From contig JBKQLC010000114.1 of NCBI GenBank assembly GCA_052147195.1, positions 450 through 64,449 on the forward strand: a stretch of DNA of 64,000 nt, given 5' to 3'. Below the pieces are notes generated by a model. That model did not search any database. It was not told the DNA's origin and saw only the letters and a program-made list of their open reading frames with translations. Within the stretch, counting starts at the first letter, position 1. The number at the start of each line of letters is the position of its first letter. The stretch is from Syntrophobacteraceae bacterium. Lineage in GTDB: Bacteria; Desulfobacterota; Syntrophobacteria; Syntrophobacterales; Syntrophobacteraceae. A program made the position numbers and the translations under genes. Positions 1 to 8,051 of this stretch are shown here, piece by piece.

Positions 1-109
1 GCATCACGCGTCGAAATCGATTCAAAGCGAACAGCGTCGCCCTCAAATCACCCGGACGCTTGAAGGGCAGAGTAATATTCCACGACCAAATCCGGTATCG
101 GTGGCAAAC

Positions 110-1219
110 TTATGTCTCTCCAATCACTGTCCCCATGCGTGATGAGTCATACCCCGGCAGGGCGCTCAATTCCTCGCGCAGGCCCCGTGTTTGCAGCAAC
201 TCAAGAATGATCTTTACAGCCGAATGTTCCATCAGGTCGTGCGGGATTACCAGATCGCAGCGAACCATTGCAAGCGATACAAATCCCAGGCCGTGCGACA
301 TCGCGACAGCCCGAAGTCCGAGCGCGGCGTCTATCAGTCCGAAGGATACCATTTTGGCCCCTTCGTTATGGCTACGGACCATCCGGTCGTATCCGTCGAT
401 GGTCTCAGGGCTTATTCCAAGCCGGTTCAAATGGTCGTCAAGGAGGACTCTCAGAGCGGCTCCAGGCTCACGGTTGGCGAATCGAACGCCTCCGGCCAGA
501 TCGCCGATAGCCTTGATGCCGTGGGGATTGCCCGGACCAACCATCAATCCCTCTTCGAAGCTGGAAAAGGCGATCACTTTCGCCTTCATTTCTCCCAGTG
601 TTGCCCGGGCCAGATCGAGGTTTGACTCCGTATCCGACGTGTTGTGCAGGTGCGTTCCGGCCAGATGAGCATATCCGGACGAAAGGGCCCTCAATGCCCC
701 CGTGCTTTGGCTGAACCGGCATTGGAGTCTTTCGTCACCGAGCGAGCGTGACACATGCGAACTCAAAATAGCAAAAGCGGGATCACAGCCGAGCAGGAGG
801 GCCTTCTTCCCCAACGCTTCCTCGGAAAGCAAAAGGCGTACGCAACGACAGTCGTCCTGGAGCAAGCCGTCGGCAGACTGAAACCCTTCACTGGATATCC
901 ACTTGTCATCCAGCGGATAGGCGATCAACCGATCGCGCACTTTCACCAGGGACACTCGGGGGCCGCTCGGCCCAATCTCTTCGACAAGCGTCACAGCCCT
1001 GTCGCCTAAACTCAAAACGATGCTGAAAAGGTCCTCAACCCTGCAGCTCAATACCTTTGCCAGCAACAACGCAACCTGAGTATTCGGGACGTAACGGCCG
1101 GACTCCATATCATAGATGGCCTGCCGCTTAACCCCTACCTGCTCTGCAAGTTCGCTCTGAGAGAGCCCCTTTGTTTTCCGGGCCGCTTTGAGATTACAGA
1201 TCACAAGCTGTTTTGTCAT
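110..1219 (-). CDS. XRE-family HTH transcriptional regulator fused to a periplasmic-binding-protein-like (putative molybdate/oxyanion-sensing) domain
   Basis: 369-aa ORF. The N-terminus KGLSQSELAEQVGVKRQAIYDMESGRYVPNTQVALLLAKVL is a classic XRE/Cro helix-turn-helix. The remaining ~290 aa look like the PBP-like domain of COG1910-type molybdate-responsive regulators. It is divergently placed from the TOBE-modBAC operon. Confidence 0.7.
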   Translation of the reverse strand: MTKQLVICNLKAARKTKGLSQSELAEQVGVKRQAIYDMESGRYVPNTQVALLLAKVLSCRVEDLFSIVLSLGDRAVTLVEEIGPSGPRVSLVKVRDRLIAYPLDDKWISSEGFQSADGLLQDDCRCVRLLLSEEALGKKALLLGCDPAFAILSSHVSRSLGDERLQCRFSQSTGALRALSSGYAHLAGTHLHNTSDTESNLDLARATLGEMKAKVIAFSSFEEGLMVGPGNPHGIKAIGDLAGGVRFANREPGAALRVLLDDHLNRLGISPETIDGYDRMVRSHNEGAKMVSFGLIDAALGLRAVAMSHGLGFVSLAMVRCDLVIPHDLMEHSAVKIILELLQTRGLREELSALPGYDSSRMGTVIGET

Positions 1220-1472
1220 GAGGGCACCTTTTTGTTTCGTCTATTCTACGGGACAGGCGCAAACTAACGATTATGTACTTTATACATTACGGGTTTGACG
1301 GGTGTAAATTGTTATATTATCTTCCAGGGACGGAAGGGATCGGCAAACTCCTTTTCATACCGTGGATATTATACCCGGTGCGTACCGGCCTTCAATGTGT
1401 GTTTATATGAGAAACAGGCCGAATAGCTGTTACGAATCGTTATGCCTGCTGGAAAAGAGAGGATATCCTGCC

Positions 1473-1682
1473 ATGAAATTGAGCACGAGAAACGTCATAA
1501 AAGGAAAAGTCATCGAGGTAAAAGAAAGCACAGTCGCGGCGAAGGTCCGAGTTGATATCGGAGGCGGAAACGTAATCTCGTCAACGATTACGGTTGATGC
1601 CGTGCGCGACCTTGGCCTCAAGGTAGGTGACGAAGTATTTGCCCTGATCAAAGCAAGCAGCGTCATGATAATGAAAGAGTAG
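1473..1682 (+). CDS. TOBE-domain molybdate/molybdenum-pterin binding protein (molbindin type, 69 aa)
   Basis: MKLSTRNVIKGKVIEVKESTVAAKVRVDIGGGNVISSTITVDAVRDLGLKVGDEVFALIKASSVMI is the canonical single TOBE/Mop fold sequence. The internal ATG at 1473 is preceded by GAAAAGAGAGG. The longer 1362 start of the ORF track is unlikely. Confidence 0.8.
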   Translation: MKLSTRNVIKGKVIEVKESTVAAKVRVDIGGGNVISSTITVDAVRDLGLKVGDEVFALIKASSVMIMKE

Positions 1683-1729
1683 CACCTGAGAGCGCATAAC
1701 ATGAAAGAGGAATTCAAACTCTATTACTG

Positions 1730-2425
1730 ATGAGCATGCTCAGCGTAATTCCCGGACTTCAGCCGCTTTTTCTGACCCTCAAGGTAGCCGGCGTTGCAAC
1801 GCTTTGCGCGTTTCTGACGGGTGTCGCACTGGCTTTTTTGCTCGCAAAGTACAGGTTTCGCGGCAAAGAGTTGCTGGATGCGTTTCTCACGCTGCCCCTT
1901 GTCTTACCGCCAACCGTGCTCGGGTACTATCTCATTGTCCTTGTCGGCAGAAACGGCTGGATCGGACGCCGGCTTTACGAAGTCTTCGGGATAACGCTCA
2001 TGTTCACCTGGCAGGGGGCCGCGCTGGCAGCCACGATTGTCTCGCTGCCGCTGGTTTTGAAGTCGGCCAGGACCGCCTTCGAGAGCGTGGACCAAAATCT
2101 GGAAAAAGCGGCACGCACACTCGGGCTATCCGAGGCGGACGTGTTCTTCCGTGTCTCCTTTCCTCTTGCATGGCGGGGGATTCTTGCCGGAACGATGCTC
2201 GGATTCGCCCGCGCGATGGGAGAATTCGGGGCAACACTGATGATTGCGGGCAACTTGCCCGGCAAGACGCAAACCCTCTCACTTGCGGTCTATGATGCTG
2301 TTCAGGCGGGAAACGACAGCCTTGCGGCAACTCTTGTGTTCATTACATCGCTCGTTTGCATTATCGTTCTTGTCTCTTCAGGCAGAATACTCCAGACCAG
2401 TTACCTCAAGGAGGTTAACCGATGA
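1730..2425 (+). CDS. modB: Molybdate ABC transporter permease
   Basis: 231-aa polytopic membrane protein with a ModB-like N-terminus and an EAA-type loop region (ARTLGLSEADVFFRVSFPLAWRGILAG). It overlaps modA by ATGA. Confidence 0.88.
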   Translation: MSMLSVIPGLQPLFLTLKVAGVATLCAFLTGVALAFLLAKYRFRGKELLDAFLTLPLVLPPTVLGYYLIVLVGRNGWIGRRLYEVFGITLMFTWQGAALAATIVSLPLVLKSARTAFESVDQNLEKAARTLGLSEADVFFRVSFPLAWRGILAGTMLGFARAMGEFGATLMIAGNLPGKTQTLSLAVYDAVQAGNDSLAATLVFITSLVCIIVLVSSGRILQTSYLKEVNR

Positions 2426-3192
2426 AGCGAGCCGTCTTCTACCTCGTTGCGCTGCTTTGCAGCCTTGTTCTCCCCTTTTCTTTCGTTGCAGCCGCTTCCG
2501 CCGATCAGGAACTGATCGTTTCTGCGGCGGCAAGCCTGACCAACGCTTTCGGCGAGATCGGTAAAAAATTTGAGAGCGCCAATCCGGGGACGAAGGTGGT
2601 CTTCAATTTCGGGGCATCGGGCGCTCTTCTTCAGCAAATCGACAAGGGCGCGCCCGTGGACGTCTTCGCATCCGCCGACCAAAAGACAATGGACCAGGCC
2701 GCCGCGAAGGGCCTCATTATTTCCGGCACGCGCAAGGATTTCGTGAGCAACGAGCTGGTTCTCATCGTCCCGCATGGGACCAAGACCCCGGTCAAAACGC
2801 TGCCGGACCTCAACGCCAGTGGAATTGGGAAGATAGCCCTGGGTAACCCTGAAACCGTTCCCGCCGGTCGCTATGCTCAGGAGGTCCTAACCTACGAAGG
2901 GCTTTGGGACGAACTTAAGCCCAAGTTCATCTTCGGAGAATCGGTTAGACAGGTGCTGGATTACGTCAGCCGGGGCGAAGTGGATGCCGGTTTTGTTTTT
3001 GCAACAGACGCTGCGGTGGCGAAAGATCATGTCAGCGTAGCTCTGGAAGCCACGAAGCATAAGCCGATAACTTACCCGATATCGATTGTGGGTTCGACGA
3101 AGAACAAGGACCTGGCGAAACGATTCGTCGATTTCGTTTTGAGCAAGGAGGGCCAGGAGATCCTTTCCACGTATGGCTTCAAAAAACCCTGA
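2422..3192 (+). CDS. modA: Molybdate ABC transporter substrate-binding protein
   Basis: 256 aa with a signal peptide, then ELIVSAAASLTNAFGEIGKKFE...VVFNFGASGALLQQIDKGAPVDVFASAD...LGNPETVPAGRYAQEVL, typical ModA motifs. Confidence 0.9.
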   Translation: MKRAVFYLVALLCSLVLPFSFVAAASADQELIVSAAASLTNAFGEIGKKFESANPGTKVVFNFGASGALLQQIDKGAPVDVFASADQKTMDQAAAKGLIISGTRKDFVSNELVLIVPHGTKTPVKTLPDLNASGIGKIALGNPETVPAGRYAQEVLTYEGLWDELKPKFIFGESVRQVLDYVSRGEVDAGFVFATDAAVAKDHVSVALEATKHKPITYPISIVGSTKNKDLAKRFVDFVLSKEGQEILSTYGFKKP

Positions 3193-3193
3193 T

Positions 3194-3940
3194 ATGCTCA
3201 TCCAAGTCGATATAGAGAAAACGCTCTCTTCCCGCGGTAGACGCTTTGACCTCAAAGCGGCTTTTTCCTCGGTGGAGGGCTTCGTCGTCATCTTCGGCCC
3301 TTCCGGGGCCGGGAAGACGCTCACTCTTCAGTCCATAGCCGGGCTTCTTACCCCCGATTCGGGCACTATCATGCTCAGGGACAACGTTCTCTTCGATTCA
3401 AAGAGCGGGATCAACATACGTCCCCGGCACCGCAATATCGGTTACGTTTTTCAGGATTACGCACTTTTCCCTCATCTTACAGTTTTTGAAAATGTGGGCT
3501 TCGGTTTACGGAAAAGGTGGCCGCAACCCATCTCACGAGCCCATAGGCTAAAGGTTGAAGAATTCCTGGAAATCTTCGAGATTTCACACCTGGCGAAAAG
3601 TTTTCCCTTCGATCTGTCCGGGGGCCAGCGGCAGCGTGTTGCCCTGGCGCGGGCACTCATACGAAACCCGGATCTCCTGCTCCTGGATGAACCTTTTTCT
3701 GCCCTGGACACTCTTCTGCGGCAAAAGCTCCGCGCTGAACTCCTTGCGATTCAGACCCGTTTCAAAGTGCCGGTGATCATGATTACCCATGATCCTGAAG
3801 ATATCATGGCTTTTGCGGAAACACTGGTTACGTATGAGACAGGACGGGTATGCAGGGTGGATTCCTTCCTGAAGACAAATGGAGAGGATCTTTCGAATCA
3901 AGCCACCCTTCCCTGCTCGGAGAAATCCTTTACATACTGA
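3194..3940 (+). CDS. modC: Molybdate ABC transporter ATP-binding protein, short form lacking a C-terminal TOBE domain
   Basis: Walker A GPSGAGKT, signature LSGGQRQRVALARAL, Walker B LLLLDEP. The start is either ATG 3194 (TGAtATG coupling to modA) or ATG 3173 (track). Only ~250 aa, so there is no fused TOBE domain. Confidence 0.85.
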   Translation: MLIQVDIEKTLSSRGRRFDLKAAFSSVEGFVVIFGPSGAGKTLTLQSIAGLLTPDSGTIMLRDNVLFDSKSGINIRPRHRNIGYVFQDYALFPHLTVFENVGFGLRKRWPQPISRAHRLKVEEFLEIFEISHLAKSFPFDLSGGQRQRVALARALIRNPDLLLLDEPFSALDTLLRQKLRAELLAIQTRFKVPVIMITHDPEDIMAFAETLVTYETGRVCRVDSFLKTNGEDLSNQATLPCSEKSFTY

Positions 3941-3976
3941 TTTGAATCTGCCGCAATCGAGTACCTCCAATGTTTA

Positions 3977-4124
3977 CACGCGAAGCCGCGAAGCCGCGAA
4001 GAAAGAGATGGAGGAGGAGATGGAGGAGGAGATGGAGAACAACAGCAGTTGCGAGCAGGGGATGGGGAGAAGGTTCTCGATGTATCCTGCTGTTGTTTTC
4101 TTCGCGGTCTCCCGCTTCGCGTGC
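3977..4124. repeat. Nested long inverted repeat with embedded short tandem repeats between convergent genes (possible bidirectional terminator or structured RNA)
   Basis: Arm pairs: CACGCGAAGC (3977) with GCTTCGCGTG (4115), CCGCGAAGAAA with TTTCTTCGCGG, and AACAACAGCAG (4038) with CTGCTGTTGTT (4087). The left side carries 2.6 copies of the 8-bp unit CGAAGCCG (3981-4001) and 2.75 copies of the 12-bp unit GAGATGGAGGAG (4005-4037). These have no partner on the right arm. Confidence 0.6.
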
Positions 4125-4135
4125 AATAACGGGCG

Positions 4136-5140
4136 CTAGAAATTCCTGATGTATGTCAGCCTGTAGGTCGCGGCAAAATCATGGGGACTGCTTAAAGGCA
4201 AATCCACCCCGCCCATAAGGACGTTTTTGGGAAAGATGGTGACGCGGAAACCCGGAGTCACATTGGCGGCGTTATTACCGTCTTCATTACCATCGAGATT
4301 CGTGGTGTTATAGAACTCGACAAAAGTAGTGAAATTCCCAAAGCACGGCGTGTTCGGCTCAGTCCATGTTTTGGCCACCGAAACATCATACACGAGGTCG
4401 TTGTGCTTCCGGCCCTCGTTGGCAGGTCCCACATATGTCTCCTCCCCAATGCTGTAGTAAAGCCCAACGCGGCTCAATCCATAGCAGGTCAAATCCTGCC
4501 ATCCTGCCAGGGCGGGATAAAATGTGGTTTGCTTATTATTTTGGGTTCCTGACGGGACAATACCTTCATTGGGAGATGTGACACGGAAGTTCAAGGCGTA
4601 CGAGGAGCCGGGAATGTCCACCAACTGCACGCGACCCACTAATGCACCGGAGGCTCCGGAACTACTGCCTGAAATATCGGATTGCGAGGTTTTCCATTCA
4701 TAGTTGGAGACCACTTCCAGCATGATCCTGCGATCCAAACCATAGGCAATCAACGCATCCACAAATTGGACATTCTTGGTCGAGTCGCTGCCCAGATTCT
4801 GTTGAAAGTAGGAATCAAAGCGGAATTCGCGCTCGAGAAAATTCGTTTGCACGTGCAAGAGTGCCATATCCGGAGCTCCTCCCGGTGTCTCCCGATGAGT
4901 CCATTCTTCGCCCCATCCCGCAGTAAAAAAATTTGAGAGGGTGAGATTGGATGGCTGAGCAGGAGCGGCAGATTGATCCTGGGGCGCGGGCGCCGAAGTG
5001 TACGCGGCATAGACCGGCGTAGAAATGCCCGCGCCCGTTTGCTGTTGCTGCGCAGCCGACTCAGGTGCTCTTCCAATCAAGCAGAGTAAAAACAAGAAAA
5101 CCAAGATACCGGCAGTCCTCGATAAACCTAATCGCACCAT
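4136..5140 (-). CDS. Putative outer-membrane beta-barrel (porin-like) protein
   Basis: 334 aa with an N-terminal signal peptide (GILVFLFLLCLIGRAPESAAQ). It has an alternating beta-strand-like pattern rich in Y/G/N/T, and the C-terminus ...TYRLTYIRNF ends in an aromatic residue as in OM barrels. No specific family recognised. Confidence 0.5.
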   Translation of the reverse strand: MVRLGLSRTAGILVFLFLLCLIGRAPESAAQQQQTGAGISTPVYAAYTSAPAPQDQSAAPAQPSNLTLSNFFTAGWGEEWTHRETPGGAPDMALLHVQTNFLEREFRFDSYFQQNLGSDSTKNVQFVDALIAYGLDRRIMLEVVSNYEWKTSQSDISGSSSGASGALVGRVQLVDIPGSSYALNFRVTSPNEGIVPSGTQNNKQTTFYPALAGWQDLTCYGLSRVGLYYSIGEETYVGPANEGRKHNDLVYDVSVAKTWTEPNTPCFGNFTTFVEFYNTTNLDGNEDGNNAANVTPGFRVTIFPKNVLMGGVDLPLSSPHDFAATYRLTYIRNF

Positions 5141-5531
5141 TTCTTTCCTCCATGTTTGTTATGAAATTGTGAAATGCGCCCCACCTATCGAAAAACAACG
5201 TGAAACCCACTATTTTACCAATACCGAAATGGGCCGTCCCTTCCGCTCTATCGGCCGGTATGGCGCTTAGCCGGGCAAAAAGCGGTGCTCAGAAGGTTTC
5301 CGCCTTGATTCTGGAACGGAAAAATGGGCGACGCCATGGATGGTATAGATGTCGTTATGTTACTTTTAACATAACGATCCGGTATATAAGATGACGTGTT
5401 TACAATGTCAATAGTATTTTATAACCTACATTCTTGATTGCCTTGGCTACCGGACTCATTTTTTGACAAACTGCCCGAGCCTGTGGGATGCCACGGCGAT
5501 ACGGGTATCCGAGTCCCATCTACGTTCTGTA

Positions 5532-5573
5532 AGCGGGTCGGGAGTGGAATCCCATGACCCGCTCGCTTTTGTT
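5532..5573 (+). terminator. Orphan intrinsic-terminator-like hairpin in a long divergent intergenic region
   Basis: AGCGGGTCGGGA-GTGGAA-TCCCatGACCCGCT stem-loop (5532-5563) followed by cgcTTTTgTT. No annotated plus-strand gene lies upstream of it. Confidence 0.4.
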
Positions 5574-5971
5574 AAATTTTGGCGGCAAGGGTTGTAATCA
5601 AGAGTCTCGATGAATAGAAAAGGTGACATGAGGTTTTTCATTTACGGATGGGATGTGGCAACCGTTTTCAGGCGATTCCAAACTCTTTCTGAGCTAACCT
5701 TTCTTAGAATAGCGGTTCAAAGCGTAGGCAGCGTCGTTAGCCGAGTTTCAAACTGTTTTTCGCAATGGAAGCATTGCATATAAAGCGATTGCTGCGCCTT
5801 CCGCTCGCGGGTCACGCCTGGTTAAGCGATCCAGGCAGACAAGGCGGGCAATAATTTCCGTATTCTTTAGTTAACCCTTCTAAGAAGCTTTGGCGGAAGG
5901 TCCCACTAACCAGCTTTTAGATTGCATTGATTTGGAATATTGCTTGGTCCAACCAAAGGAAGGGCAGGAGC

Positions 5972-7855
5972 ATGATCGATCCAAATGAAGTTGGCGCCTT
6001 CAGTTCAACCGACGCTTCAGGAAATTTTCATGTCCGCCTGGGAATCTACCTTCCCGGCATTCGCTCGTCTGACGGGTTCGAAGTTATCTCAAAAATCATA
6101 CACATCAAGGACCGCTTCGATCCCCGAATACCCACCAAAGACTTTCCGCTTATATGGACGGAAGGCCACGCTCTCGACCTCTGGGCCGCTGACCTGCAGA
6201 TTGAAGCTTCCGGGGGGACTCACTTTGGTCAGGAAGGCACTTATCTCTACCGATACGAACTTTGGTGGACGCCTCGAGGCGGAAGCAGGCAACTGCTGAC
6301 TCGCTGGTTCACCGATCCATTCGCGCGGGCAACCGAAATAGGCGAACTTTCGGCATTCACGGTTCCACCCGGCCCGGATTTCAAGTGGACGGATGCATCC
6401 TACAAGACTCCGGAACTTGATGATCTTGTCGTGTATGAGCTGCAGGTTGAAGAATACAACGACACTTTTGACGGAGTGCTCGAACGATTGAGTTATCTCC
6501 AGAGCCTTGGCATCAACTGCCTGGAACTTATGCCTGTTACGAGTGTAAAACTTGACTTCGACTGGGGCTACGGTCCCCTGCATTACTTCGCCCCCAACGC
6601 ACGTTTTGGAGGCTCAAATGGTCTCAAACGTCTCGTTGACGCCTGCCATGCCTCCGGCATGGCCGTGATCCTGGATGTTGTGTACCAGCACGTAGATCCG
6701 ATGTTTCCTTATAAGCTTGTCTACGACGCGGTCCAAACCGCCGCCGGCGCCCCCGGTGTGATCAGCCCGATGATCGGCAATACCGGGCCGTTTGGTCCGC
6801 AATGCGATTTCTCTCGTCCTTTCACCCAGGAGTATTTCGCCACATCCAATCGCATGTGGCTCGATGAATACCATGTCGATGGTTTTCGCTATGATGAAGT
6901 CACGGATCTTTACACAGGCCCCACCGATGAGGCTTATGCTAAGCTGGCCTACGATACCTATATGTATTCACTCAATATTCCACGGTTCCAGCAAGGCCCG
7001 GAAAGCTACAGCCGCATAATCCAATGCGCCGAGGCGCTGGGGAAACTGCGCGATGTCCTTCAAAACACCTACACGAACTGCGGCTGGCAAGACGACCTGC
7101 TCAATAAAGCCGAGGACATGATAAAATGGAAGTACGTCGACAGTAATTTTCCCCACCTGCTGGACACGCGTTTCTGCGGCTACCCGGACAAAAAGACCGT
7201 TTCCAATGCTGCGGGACAACCTGTGGATATGCCGGTTGCGCCCTTCCAATACATCGAGACTCACGACCATAGTCAGTTGATTACGTTCGCCGGAACCGAG
7301 CCCGACGGGTTCCTTCCACGCGGTGACCGCAGCCTTTTCTATAGGCTTCAGCCGTTTGTAATCGCACTCTATACACTACAGGGCATCCCCATGCTCTGGC
7401 AGGGACAGGAATTCCCGGATAATTACAATCTCCCGGACAGCGGATCGGCGCGAATAGGACTCAGACGCGACGTGCATTGGGAATTTTTTTACGATGATTT
7501 CGGCAGCCCTTTGGTGCGCCTCTATCGGCGGCTCGGGGAGCTGCGCCGCAGCCACCGTGCCCTGCGAAGCCGCGAGTCCTATTACTATTACGAACAATCC
7601 CTACAGGGGAACCAGATCATTGCCTATCACAGGCACGCCCCTGCCACGGCGTCAGAGGCCGAAGAGTTTGTCATGGCGCTTCTAAACTTCTCGGACACGG
7701 CGGGTACAGTGACCGTTCCATTTCCAAAGGCAGGCACGTGGCAGGAGATGATCGATGCAGACATCCGTGATTTGAAAATTGCTGTTACTGCAGACGGCGC
7801 CAAGAGAGATATTTTCGTGCCTTCCAATTATGGGTTGGTCCTCGTCTGGTCTTAG
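5972..7855 (+). CDS. GH13 alpha-amylase-family glucan enzyme with N-terminal E-set/CBM48-like domain (branching/debranching/trehalohydrolase-like)
   Basis: GH13 conserved regions are present: DVVYQH (region I), DGFRYDEV (region II) and YIETHDH (region IV). ATG 5972 follows GGAAGGGCAGGAG. The track start at 5927 is probably too long. Confidence 0.85.
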   Translation: MIDPNEVGAFSSTDASGNFHVRLGIYLPGIRSSDGFEVISKIIHIKDRFDPRIPTKDFPLIWTEGHALDLWAADLQIEASGGTHFGQEGTYLYRYELWWTPRGGSRQLLTRWFTDPFARATEIGELSAFTVPPGPDFKWTDASYKTPELDDLVVYELQVEEYNDTFDGVLERLSYLQSLGINCLELMPVTSVKLDFDWGYGPLHYFAPNARFGGSNGLKRLVDACHASGMAVILDVVYQHVDPMFPYKLVYDAVQTAAGAPGVISPMIGNTGPFGPQCDFSRPFTQEYFATSNRMWLDEYHVDGFRYDEVTDLYTGPTDEAYAKLAYDTYMYSLNIPRFQQGPESYSRIIQCAEALGKLRDVLQNTYTNCGWQDDLLNKAEDMIKWKYVDSNFPHLLDTRFCGYPDKKTVSNAAGQPVDMPVAPFQYIETHDHSQLITFAGTEPDGFLPRGDRSLFYRLQPFVIALYTLQGIPMLWQGQEFPDNYNLPDSGSARIGLRRDVHWEFFYDDFGSPLVRLYRRLGELRRSHRALRSRESYYYYEQSLQGNQIIAYHRHAPATASEAEEFVMALLNFSDTAGTVTVPFPKAGTWQEMIDADIRDLKIAVTADGAKRDIFVPSNYGLVLVWS

Positions 7856-8051
7856 CCCTCGGAACCATTTTTATTACCCGTTGCCAACTGTAACAAAGCA
7901 GATTCAATAAGCCTGTTCAATGGGAACCCGAGCATCCATATCCAGTTCAAATCGCCCGCAGGGGTTAAAGTGTTGAATTAGCAGCGGGCTCAGACGGCGG
8001 GATCGCGGGGCGTCATTCTTTTTGACCACTGTGGTTTTGATGCTGCCATCG

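Noticed and set aside
1220-1472. Searched the mod leader, and the regions upstream of the Mop cluster, for a Moco riboswitch or a ModE-type operator.
   Set aside because: I could not recognise the conserved Moco-RNA core by eye. Only a short ATGTA-N5-TACAT inverted repeat (around 1285-1299) is present, which is too weak to call. An Infernal scan would be decisive.
3879-4139. 86-aa plus-strand ORF containing EEMEEEMEEEME.
   Set aside because: The acidic run is simply the translation of the 12-bp tandem repeat inside the intergenic inverted-repeat structure. There is no RBS, and the frame overlaps the modC 3' end and runs to the porin stop.
5532-5563. GGGAGTGGAATCCC within the hairpin looked slightly like a tRNA/tmRNA T-arm.
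   Set aside because: The loop is 6 nt and lacks TTCRA. There is no acceptor stem, anticodon arm or CCA context around it. No tRNA-like cloverleaf could be drawn.
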